A stretch of 64,000 nucleotides of DNA from the NCBI GenBank assembly GCA_963808625.1, contig CAWEHK010000025.1, forward strand, positions 64,001 to 128,000, written 5' to 3'. Below the pieces are notes generated by a model. That model was not told where the DNA came from. It saw nothing but the letters and a program-made list of their open reading frames with translations, and did no database searches. Made by a program: the position numbers and the translations under genes. Shown one piece after another: positions 32,849-44,800 of this stretch (positions within the stretch are counted from its first letter, which is position 1; the number at the start of each line of letters is the position of its first letter). This stretch comes from an uncultured delta proteobacterium. Its GTDB lineage: Bacteria > Desulfobacterota > Syntrophobacteria > Syntrophobacterales > Syntrophobacteraceae.

Positions 32849-35800
32849 ACCGAGAATGTTGTAAAGGTCGATCTCGAACCGCGGCTGCCCATGCGAGCTA
32901 TAATAGGTCACCGCCGAAATCACGGCGTCGCCGAGGACCCTGGTGCCGTCCTCGAAGAGGGCCTTGAACAGTCCTTCATCAAGAAGGTGGGCATAGACGT
33001 TGTAGGATAGCCCGGTGGGCACCCACCCGGCAATGATCCCGCCACCCTGCCGCAGCACCAGGGTTTCAGCGAGGGTATCGTAGTTCGGCATCCCAAAATT
33101 GCCCATCGAACAGGACATCGCCGCCAACACGGGAAGGCGTTCGGCGTTGTTGAGACCGGCCACATCACCGGTTAGCAGAATGGCCTCCACCGTCAGCCGA
33201 TCGGTGCCCGCATGGCCGATGTAGTTCATCAGCAGGGCGCCGCTGTTGATGCGCCGCAAGCAGCTTGGTGCGCGCCGCGCTGCCGCCGTCCGCCGTGCTC
33301 ACGTAAATCTTGTTCTGCGCATTCTTGTAGGCAGAGGGAAGGGTATTGAAGAGCCCATCGCTGTCTGCCTGGAAAGTCCCGCCATCATCCGGGTTGTCGG
33401 CCACCATCAGCACCTGCTGCGTCCAGGCGCCGCCACTCGAACCTTCATACGCCTTGATCTTCCCGATCATGGTCCCCAATTCCGCCGCCGTCAGCACCGG
33501 CAGCCTCCCAATCGCCATCTCCGGCACCCCGTCGTTGCCCACGAGGTCGACAAAGCGACCGTCACCGACGAAGAGACCATCAGGCGTCCCCACCATGAGC
33601 GGGGGCACGAGACAGTCACCATAACCGCGGATGTTCCGATAATCATAGGTCCCCTCTCCGACCAGCACCACATAACGGGGCGCCGGCTTCTGCCAGCTGT
33701 TATAGGTGTATGCCAGGAAGGTCTTGATCGCTTCCGGTGAGTAACACTCCGTAGTTGAACTCGTCCACGACATCCTGGAAGTCCACCACCATGCTTTTCA
33801 GCCCGTGCACGCTGCGGTAGTCCGCCAGTTCCTGGGCGGCCGCCTTCAGCAGCGCCGGGGCGATGATCAGGTAGTCAGCCCGGTTCGTCGTCTTCTTCAA
33901 GGTCGACACCTGGTCGGCAGCTACGGAAACCGGCTGCTTCACCGCCCCTCCCGTCAGGACGAGATAAGGCGTCGTCGGGGTGGCCGGGACGAAGCTCGCC
34001 CGGTAGCGCCCGGCAGCCGGCTGATCCACCGTAAGCGCCGTCACCTGGCGCGGCTTCCTGGGATCAGTCAGGTCGAACACACTGATTCCCGCGTCGCTGA
34101 ACCCGTCCACGCTCACCACCGCATTGCCGTCTCCCCGGGCGATCAGTTGCCCGTTCACCGCTTGATAGGTGCGCGCATAGGTGACGTCGAAGGAGTCTAC
34201 ATAGAACAGACTATAGGACACGCCGGGGTCGAGAACGGCCGTGACCTGCACCGTGTTGTTGCCATCCTGGAGCAGCGAGGCGTCGAAGGTCACCTGAAAT
34301 CCGTGGGCAGTCATTCCCAGCCAGGTGCTCTCGCCAACGCTTTGGCCGTTGAGCGTCACCCGGGCGTGGTGCTGCGTCGCCGTGTCGCCCACCAGTTGCA
34401 CCTTGAGGGTTCCCTGACCGCTCCCGGCGGCCCCCGGCAGATTGATGGTGAAAGCCTTGCTCCCGTAAGTTGGATTGCCGCCAACCACAAAGTCCCAGAC
34501 CCAGAAATCGGCCGCCGGATCGGTAAAGCTTGCCGTCGCGCCGATTTGTCCTGCTCGAAATGCAGGGTTTCCTGGAACGTCTTGCCGGTCACCGCCTTCG
34601 GTCCCTTGCCTTTGAGAGTGGCCATGCCCGTGCCGGTCCCGATTTCAAGCCAGTAAACATTATCTCTCGTGTAAAGGCTGTCGATTCCCTCCGCATAGAA
34701 GGTCATGCCCGCGTTTCCGCCGGCCACGCTGTAAGCCACCGGCAGACCCCGTTGGTGAGCGCAAACCGGTTTCCTTTCAGATACAGGGCCACCGTTGCCG
34801 GCGACATCCCAAAGGCCGATCCGATCGTTGCTTTATCCAGATAGTAGAGCCCGTTCTCCCGCACGGTAATCCTGGCCCTGCCCGTAGGCGCCGCGGCGGC
34901 GGTCAAGGTCGGACTGTCTGCTGACAAAGGCTGGCCGGTGGCGGTTAGCTCTTGGCTCTTGGCTCTTAGCTCTTGGGCTAAGACGCCCTGGCGGTTGGCC
35001 GCGGCCTGCTCGGCCTTCATCGCTTCGAGACGCGCCTTCCTGGCAGCCGTCATGCCGTAGGGTTTCCGGCTGTAGCCGGACACCAGGGTTTCGTTGTCCA
35101 ACTCGGCGCGAGCCTGCTTCGACAAGCCGCGGGCGGCAGGACTCGGGGCCTCGGAAACCACGCTCACCGTCCAGGGCCCGTAGACGTTCTCCTGACCCTT
35201 CGTCACCACCTCGACGAGGCGATACCGGTAGGTCTCGCCCGGTGTCGCCGAGCCGTCAACATACTGGTAGACACCGCCCTCGGGCGAAGTCAGCAGACCC
35301 GGCAGGAGATGATCGTTCAGCCGCAGGTAGTCCCCGCTCGCCGCCTCGAAACGCTCCAGGTAGAAGCCCACCGTACCCACCTCACCCGACGTCTGCCACG
35401 AGACGATGACTTGACCGCCCTGCTCATGGACATGGAAGGAAGAGATGAGCGCATAGGTCGGGGTGGGCGACTTATAGCCGAAGTCATTGCCGGTCGAGTT
35501 GAGCGTTGTTGATCGTCACCGGCTGCATCCATCCCGTGGCGCTGGACTGGGTGGTCTGGGTCAGGCCGGCCGCCGTGGTGCCCGCAGTCTGCACCGCGAT
35601 GAGATACTTGCCATTGGGCAGGTCCGTGAAGCTATAGGTGCCGTCCGAGGCGCTGAGCGTGTAGCCGATCTGAGGATCGCTCGCATCCAGCTTTCCGTCA
35701 CCGTTCAGGTCGCGGTACAGCAGCACCGCAGCCTGTTGCACCCCGGCCTCTCCCGAATTCCACGCTCCGCTGCCGTTGGTGTCGATGAAGACCTTACCGC

Positions 35801-38800
35801 TGGCAAGATAGCCTGTTCCTGCCTTGTAGCCAAAGTCCGCCGTGTAGTTGGTAACGCCGGCCCCCGAGGCGGTCAACGTGACCGCATAGGGATTGGCCTG
35901 GCTGTAGTTATCGCTCCCGGGACTTGTTCCCGTGGTCTTGTTAAACCCGCTCAGGACACTGGTTGCCACCACCTGGACCTGGTACTTGGCCGGAGGCAGG
36001 CCGCTGAAGACATACTCCCCATTGGCATTGGTCGTGGTGGTCCGGACCAGGTTGTCGATCCCCGCATGGATGGCGGTATCATTGTTGTCCAGGTTGAGCC
36101 AGAGCTGCACCGTTACTCCCTGGATGCCCGGTTCCCCGGCGTCACGGAAGCCATTGCCATTGAGGTCATGCCATACCAGGTTACCGATGGCGCCCATGTT
36201 TGCCGCCCGATAGCCGAAATCGGCATCGTTGTAGACGGGCGACCCGCTGTTCAGGGTAATCGACCCGGTCGGGTTGGCGCCCGATGTCAGGGTCAGGCCG
36301 CTCACCGCGCCGTTCAGGTCACTCACCTGCACGGTATAGGTGCCGAAAGGGACCCCATAGAAATGATAGGTGCCGTTGTCATCGGTAGTCGTGGTGCCGA
36401 CAACGACGCCGCTGTTGTTCAACAGATTGAGCGTCACCCCGCCGATGCCTTCACCCGCATTGAAGGTGTCACTGGCATTGCTATCCAGGAACACCTTGTC
36501 GCCGATGGTGCCGACGGAAGCGGTCGTATCGTCCTTGAAGCCGAAGTCAAGGGTCAGGTTAGCAGTGTTGGCCGGGATGCTCACCGTCTGGTTCACCGAC
36601 CCGGTGGTCGGGGTCGGATTGTAGCCGGTGGGTGGCGTTACCGTCACGGTGTAGGTCCCCGGATCATAACCGGTGAAGCGATACGTCCCGTCCGCAGCCG
36701 TGGTCGTGGTGGCGATGGTCGTACCGCCGTTCTTCAGCGTCACCGTCACCCCGCCAATCCCCACTTCACCCGGGTCCTGGATGCCATTGTTGTTGGCATC
36801 GGAGAACACGGTGTCGCCCAGGGTTATCTTACCGGTGGCGCTGCCGTAACCGAAGTCGGCGTTCTCGTAAATCTGGCCTTCGCCCAGGTTGATGACGCCG
36901 GTCGGGTTAGTGCCCCCGGTCAGCGCCAGGCCGGTCAGCACGCCGCTGGTATCGGTAACTCTTACCTTATAGCCGCCCGCAACCAGGCCCTGGAATTCGT
37001 AGAACCCGGCGGCGTCGGTGGTGGTGGTGGTCGCGTTGTTGTCGTCGCCTGTTCCGAAGACCCCATCCGCCCCGGCATACACGAGCCTCAGGGTGACCCT
37101 GGAAATCCCGGCCTCACCCGCATTCTGCACGCCATCGCCATTCGCATCCAGCCACACCCGGTCGCCGATGCTCCCGGTCGCCCCTTCGCGCACATAGCCG
37201 AAGTTGACATTGGTGACGCTGGTCGTCCCGACGACCGACACCGGATACTGATCCAGACCGCTGGTCAACTGGTAGCCGTTCAGGACCCCGCCCTGATCGG
37301 TCACCTTGACCGTATAGCTCCCGGCCGGCACATCAAAGAAGCTGTAGGTGCCGTCGGCAGCCGTCGTGGTGGTGGCGATCACTTTGCCGGTGCTGTCCAC
37401 GAGGGCCAGGGTCACCCCGGCCAGGCCGTTTTCACCGGCGTTGATGGCCGCATTCTTGTTGAGGTCGTTCCACACCGTTCCGGAAATATCCGCCAGTCCC
37501 GTATTCTGGAAGCCAAAGTCGGCGGTCAGGTAACGTGGGCTGGCTCGTGGTCACGAAACCATAGTCGTCAGTGGTCACCGAGCCGCTGCCGTTGACATCG
37601 AGCTGCCCCGCGATAACTTTCATGCCGTTCCACCAGCCGTTGTCGGAGGCATCTGCCGCACCGCTGCCGTTGAGGTCAAGCTTGCCGCTGATACACGGCG
37701 ACCCCGTTGGCCATGCCGGTGTCGCTGCTGTTGATCGTGCCGTCCCCATTCATATCGAGCAGGCCGCCAATGACCCGCACGCTGACGGCGCCCGTGCTGA
37801 GCGTGACGTCGATTTCCGTGCTGTTCGCCGTGGCCGGTTCCTGGTCTTTCGTCATGCGGGTGTAGCCGCTGAGAGCGGTCTGGGTGTCGGTCAATGCTGA
37901 CGAAATAGGTCCCGGCGGCTAAGTCGTTGAAGTAGTAATGGCCGCTGCCGTCGGTCGTGCATGGTCGATGGAAATGTAGGTGCCCGCGATTGAAGATGCC
38001 GTCGCCGTTGTGTCCCGGTAGAGCGTGACCGTGACGCCGGCGATGCCCGGCTCACCCAGCATCCTGGAAGGCCATCGCCGTCGTGGTCGCTGAACACCGT
38101 GTCGCCTATCGGCCCCAGGCCCGCGTAGCCGAAATGTTCACCCGTAAGGCTGGCGCTGGCGATGGTCTCGCCGCGATAGCCCGCCTGGGCATCAGCCGTA
38201 GTGCCCTGGTAGTTGATGAGCTGCCCGGCGTTGTCGGCGATTTCCATGACGTACTTGCCATTGGGCAGGCCGTTGAAGGAGAAGTTGCCATTGCTGTCCG
38301 TGTAGTCGGTGGCGATCACCGGATCCACCAGGATCGTCCCGTTATCGCCGGCTGCCGACGCCGCCGCTGCGGTTCATATCGAGCATGCCGTCGAATGACG
38401 GGAAGCCCATGTAGGCGCCGTCGTCGCCGGTATCAATACCATTGTTGCCGTTGAGATCCAGTTTCCCGCCGATCACCTTGATGCCCTGGGCCACCGTGCC
38501 ATCGTCGGCGGCGGTGACATTCCCATCGCCATTGAGGTCAAGGAGGCCGTTGATCACGTGGGCGGTGACATTCCCGTCGCCGTTGAGGTCCTGGTAGAGG
38601 TTCACCGAGACCCCGGCAATGCCCGTCTCACCGGGACTTACCAGCCCGTCGCGGTTGGCGTCGTACCAGACTTTATCGGTAATGGAATAGAGACTGGTAT
38701 TGCGATAGCCAAAGTCGGCGTCGAGATACACCTGGCCGGCGGCCACCGTGATCGGGGCGGTCGGATCGGTGTTCGACTGGGCCCCGGTGATGAGCGTATA

Positions 38801-41800
38801 GCCCGCCGGCGGCGTCGTGACGTCGACAATATACGTACCGGGATCGACATTGGTGAAGTAGTAGGTGCCGTCGGCCGCCGTGGTCGTCGTGGCAACCGTC
38901 ACATCATCGCCGGTGCCGAACTGCCCGTCCGCACCGGCGCTCTTCAGGGCCAGGGGCACGCCGCTGATCCCGGCTCCCCGCCATCCTGGATGCCGTTGCC
39001 ATTGGCGTCGCTCCACACGAAGTTCCCGATGATGGCCTTGGTGGTGCTGGCGTTGGTGTAGCCGAAATCCACATCCAGTTTGTTCTGTCCGGCGGTGAGG
39101 GTAAACATTGCCGTCCGGGTTGGTCGTCCCGGGCGATTCCGTGAGCGCCCCCAGGATCGGGTATTTGCTCTCATCCACCTCGACTTTGTAGCTCACCCCG
39201 CCGGGCACGTCGGTGAACAGGTAGTTGCCGTTCATATCGGTCGTCGGTGCTGGCGACAAACGTGCCGTCGTCGCCTTCTTGAGCGTCCACCGTCACGTTG
39301 GCCAGGCCCGGCTCACCCACATCCTGCACGCCGTCACCGTCCACATCCAGCCACACGGTGTCGCCGATGGCCCCGGGCGGGCTCTGGATCTCGAAGTCAC
39401 GCCCGGTGACGGTCTGGCCCACCGCCAGGTTACGCTGATGTTGTTGGGGTTGCCCCCGTCGCGCGTCCGCCAGGCTGGTGTAGCCGGACGGGTTCATCTT
39501 CGTCACCTGGTAGATCCGGGAGCCAGGTTGCTGAAGGTGTACAGGCCGCTGCCGTTGGTGGTCGTGGTGAACACCTGGTCGTCGGCGGTGCCCAGGATGC
39601 CGTCCGCACCCGCATAGGTCAGGAACACGGTGACGTTGGCCACGGCCGTCTCCGGCGGGACTTCGCAATGCCGTCCCCGTCGGCGTTCCTCACCACCGTA
39701 CCGCTGATGGTGCCGAGACTCTTGTGGTAGCCGAAGTTCTCGTCGATCACGTTGGCGCCGGTCGACCGTGACATCGGACTGGTTGTCGTTGGTCGGCGCG
39801 TCGGTGTCATAGGTCTGCACGTAGGCCGTCGAGGGAAGCGTGCTGGTGTCCACCTTGACCACGTATTCGCCGTTGGGCACGCCCGCTGAAGGTGTAGTTG
39901 CCGCCGGCGTTGGTGGTCGTGGTCGCGAACACCGTGTCACCGGCATCGTAGACGTTATTGTTGTTGGTGTCGTTGTAAAGCGTCACGGTGACGCCGGCAA
40001 TCCCCGGTTCTCCGCCGTCCTTGTCACCGCCGTTGTCGTTGGTCATCCCAGACCGTGCCGCTGACGTTATAGCTGGTCGAGTTCCGGTAGCCAAAATCGG
40101 CATAGCCGATGGTTGCGCCGCCGGTCAGGGTGGTGGCGGTCTGGTTGTCGCAGCCGCCTATGGACCCGCACGGCAGCCCGTTCGGCGAGCCGGAAGTGCT
40201 TTCGCCCGTTGCCGTGAAACCGGTCGGCAGGGTGGTGGTATCCACCTTCACCACGTATTTCTGATTCGAAGTGGTATTCGGCAGGCCGAGGAACTGGTAG
40301 AGGCCGGTGGCGTCGGTGGCCTGGGCCGTGATGAAGGTTTGGTCGCCCGTGGTCGTGACGTTGCCGTCGGCATCCAGGTAGAGTTTCACCGTCACGCCCG
40401 CCAATCCCGGCTCTCACCGGTGGTCTGGTTGCCGTCGCCGTTGGCGTCGTTCCACACCCGGTCGCCGATCTTGCCGGTGTTGTCCACGCCGAAGTCGAAC
40501 ACCGCTTGCCAATCCTCGCCGGGATAGGCATGGAAGGTGATAGCTGGTGGGCGTGGTGGCGTCCGGATAGCCCATCGCCGTCGTCTGCGCGGTGTTGTAG
40601 GTGAGGGTGTAGTTGCCCTCGGGCACCACGAAGGAGAAATGCCCGGTCGGCGTCGGTGGTGGTGGTCTCCGTTAATCGGGTTGCCGAACATGTCGGTGCC
40701 GGTGAGCGTCACCGTCACCTGGGTCAGGCCGTTCTCGCCCGGCTCGCTGCTGTCAAAGAGGCCGTTGCGATCGGCATCCCAGAAGACATTGCCCTCCACC
40801 TTCGCGCCCTGGAAGTAGCCGAAGTCGGCGGTCCTGATAGCTCTCGCCGGCGGCCAGGTTCTTGTACACCACGTTATTGGTGGTGGGCACGATGTTGCGC
40901 ACGCCGTTGGTGGTGATGCTGTCCTCGTAGACATCCACCAGGTAAGGTCCCGGGCGGCAGATTGGCGAACTGGTAGGCGCCGCTGGCGTTGGTAGGGCTT
41001 AAAGCCGACCTGGTAGTCGCCGTTGGCCGGATCAAGAATGCCGTTGCCGTTGGCGTCGAAGTAGAGCAGGTCACGACGGCATTGGCGATGGCCCTGCGTC
41101 GCGTTCTCATCCTGCAACCCGTTGGCGTTGTCGTCCCACCACACGTAATTGCCGATGCTGCCGGCCCAGTTGTAGCCGAAGTCGGCGGTCAGGTAGACCG
41201 TCGATTGCTGGCCAGCGTCGAGGGTGACGTCGTGCATGCCGTTGGGCGGCGGCGTTGTGATGGGCGAGCCGCCTGGCACCGCTCGAGGCTCGCCGGGAAG
41301 TCCGCGGTAGGTCGAAGTCACGTCCACCAGGTAGTTGCACCGCGCGCGGTAATCACCGGCGGTCAGGCCGGTGAAAAGGTAGTTGCCGGTGGCGTCGGTC
41401 GTGACGGTCGAGGAGCAGGTCGCCGACATCGATCGCCCGTCGTTGTTCATGTCGGCATAGAGCCGCACGTCCGACGTTCGGCATCGCGGTTTCACCCGCA
41501 TCCGACCACGCCATTGCCGTTGGCATCGAGCCAGACGGTGTCGCCGATACTGCCCTGGTGCCCGGGGCGGCCGCAGGCCGAAGTCGGCGTCGCTGTACTG
41601 CTCGGTCGGCGCCCAAGCTTGGTGTGGTCTGCAGCAGGGGCGTGCTCGCCACATAGCCCTGGCCGGGATGAGAGTAGCGGACGTTATACGGCGGTGCCCG
41701 CGGTCAGGCCATAGAAGCGATAAAGGCCGGTGGCATCGGTGGTGGTCCACTGCTCGCCTTCGCCGCTGTCCCAAACACCGTTGTCGTTGCCGTCGGTCCA

Positions 41801-44800
41801 ATCGAGGAACGCCATCGTTCGGCGTCAAGCTAGACCGTGACATTCGCGATGCCCGGTTCGCCCGTGTCCGTGTCGGGCCCACTCCGTCGCCGTCGAGGTC
41901 GGCCCACACGAGGTCGCCGATGCTGGGGCCGATGGCGGTGGTGGCGTCGTCGCTGGCATCCAGTCCCGCGCCTTCGTCGGTCAGGGTGGCAGTGTTGTTG
42001 ACCTGGGTCACCCGGCGTATTGTTGACGGTGACCTGATAGGTCAAGGGCGGGCTGGCGCGCAGCCCTTCCGACGTGCCGGCGTTGAAGGTCACGCCGCTG
42101 GACGAGGTGGGCTTGCCCCGGAAGGTGACCGACGAGGGCGAGCCGCCCGGCGTGACGCTGCACACGTACTTGAAGGTGACCGGAACATCGGCCGCGAGAT
42201 CGACCGGGCCGGTCGGAGCCGCGCTGCCGCAGCTCACGGTGGCCGCACCGGGGTTGATGGTCAGGCTGCCCGGGCTGACCCCGGTGACGGCCGCCTTGGC
42301 CGAGACCATCATGGTCACTTCCACCTCGCTGGCGGTCGTGCCGGAGTGCAGGCGGTCGTTGATGTGCAGCTCGGTGCGCGTCTCGGTGGACGTGGTGGGT
42401 GTCAGGGTCCAGTTGACGATCAGCTTGGGCCGGTTGGCGGCAGTGGTGGATTCGCGGGACGAGTAAACGACGTCATTGTCGAGAATTGCCGCCCGTACCG
42501 GTGGTGATCAGCACCAGCCCCTTGTTGATCTTGGTTCCGGCGACCCAGGCTTCCACCAGGGTCTTCAGCGCGGCGTTGCTGAGGGTCTTCAAGCCGGTGG
42601 AAGACGGGTCGATGGTCCCCAGGGCCGTGCCGTTGTAGTCGCTGGTGGAAAACGTCGCCGCTGGCCCAGGTGGCTGCCGTTCGTCCTTGTCCCAGGTCGC
42701 ACCGGTTTCGGTCCAGCCGCCGGTCGTCATCTCGTAGACGGAGTCGGTGTGGCCGGTCCTGCGCGCGTCAGGACATTCATCTGCAGGGTCACGCTGTTGA
42801 TCGTGGCGCCCGAGGGGATGCTGCTGAGGTCGAAACGCAACAAGGCGTTCGGTCGTTCGTTGGTCTTGCTCGCGTGGTGACAAGGTCGTCAGAGGTGCCG
42901 TTATTTTTGGCCTGCTCCGGGTCTTTCCGTTGATCTAGGTATCGGCCACCGCCGGGGCATCAGCGTCACCCGAGCAGGCGCTGCTGGACTCGTAGAGATA
43001 GTTGATGACGAGCGCCGGCTTGGTGGTGCCGGAGCGGCTGACACCAGGTCGCGTCCGCGTTCTCACTGGTGCCGGTCGCCAGGAGGACCATGCCGTTGTT
43101 GGGGCCGGTCTGCCAGCTCTTGACCAGGTCCGTCACAGCGAAGGTGGCGGTGGTTTCGGTCTGGGGCACCACAAAGGAGCCGTAAGACAGTGGCGCCGTA
43201 GTCGCTGGCGCCGAACCCGCCGCTCGTCGCCCAGTCGCCCGCAGCAGCCCCATTGGGATCGTTCCAGGTGGCCGTCGTCTCCGCGAAGGCGGTCAGCAGA
43301 TTACGCACCTGGACCGTTTGCTGCTTCTTGTTATTGGCGTAGTTCGCCGACATCGTGATCTGGAGCGTGGCCGACTGGATCGAGGCGCCGGCCGGCAGAG
43401 TGCTCAGGCTGAAGTGCAGGAGCGCATGCTTCTTCTTGTTGGTCTCGTTACTGGTCTTGAAAGTGGTGGTCGTGCCACTGGCATCGCCGGCGGTATCTTT
43501 CGAGTTCTCGTTGATAAACGTGTCCGCGTCGGGGTTCAACGGTCAGCGTCGCCGGGCAGAAGACCTTGCCGGAGGGCGGGGTGATGCCGGGCTGGGCGGC
43601 GCTGTTGCCGCCGAGGGACCAGACGATGGAGTCCAGGCTGCCATCGTCGGATCGATCGATCAAGGAACTCGCCGCCCGCATTCGCGCTGTCGGTCACATA
43701 CGTGGTGCCCGCCGGGATCGGGTCGGTCACCTTGGCGTTGGTCAGCAGCTCAGGCCCCGGGTACTTCGGCAGGATGGTGTAGGTGAGGGTCTGTCCGGCG
43801 CGTGGCCGTGGCGAGATTCACCGTCTTGTCGATCAGGGGCTCGAAGGGGAAGTCGGCCGTCAGGTAGGCGGTGCCGGCGGGCAGAGCGATCGCATACTGG
43901 GTCGACGCTGGTCGACAAACCGGCCGGGATGTCCGATCGGAGGTGTCCACCACGACGATGTAGTCGTCGGCATCAGGCCGTCGAACAGGTATTTGCCCGT
44001 GGCGTCGGTAACTGTGGTCACCGCCGTGGCCGCCTCATTGCCATCGATGATGCCGTTGCCGTCCAGGTCTTGATACAGGGTGACGGTCACGTTCGCCAGC
44101 GGGGTGTCGCCGGTGGTGAAATTGCCATCACCGTCGCGGTCGATGAAGACCTGATCGCCGATGGAGCTGGGGACGAGCCGGTCGTAGCCGAAGTCCTGCG
44201 TGGAAGTGCCGGAGAGGTTCAGACACCGGGCGCGGGTCTACCCCGTCCGCGCCGGAGACCGCAGAATAGGTGTCAGAGCCGAAATGGCCGGCGAGATCCG
44301 GGTCGGTCTGCACGATGTCCACCAGGTAGCTCAGGCCGCTGGCCAGGCCGGTGAACTCGTAGATAGCCGTTGGCATTGGTCACGGTCGGTGGCAATCAGC
44401 AGATCACCGGTATCGATCTGAGCCATTGCCATTGGTGTCTTCGTAGAGGTTGACCGTGACATCATCGATCTCGGTGTCGGCCGTAGTGTAGTCGTTATCG
44501 GGCGCGGCCGAGTCTTCGTAGACGGTGCCGTTGATGGCCGCCGTGCCGGCGGGCCTGTAGCCGAAGTCGATCGTCGAGGTCGCGCCGTTTTCCGGCAGGA
44601 CCACCAGGGCCCGGCCATCCAGCGAGCCTTGCGGATCACCGGTCAGGACATAGCCGGCCGGGACGCCGCTGTCGATGGCCACCCAGTAGGTTGCGGCGGC
44701 AAGCCCGGTGAACGAGTAGAGGCCGCTGCTATTGGTCGTGGTCGGTCTGCACGCCAACGTCGTCATCGCCGGTGGGCTCGAAAATCCCGTCGCCGTCATC

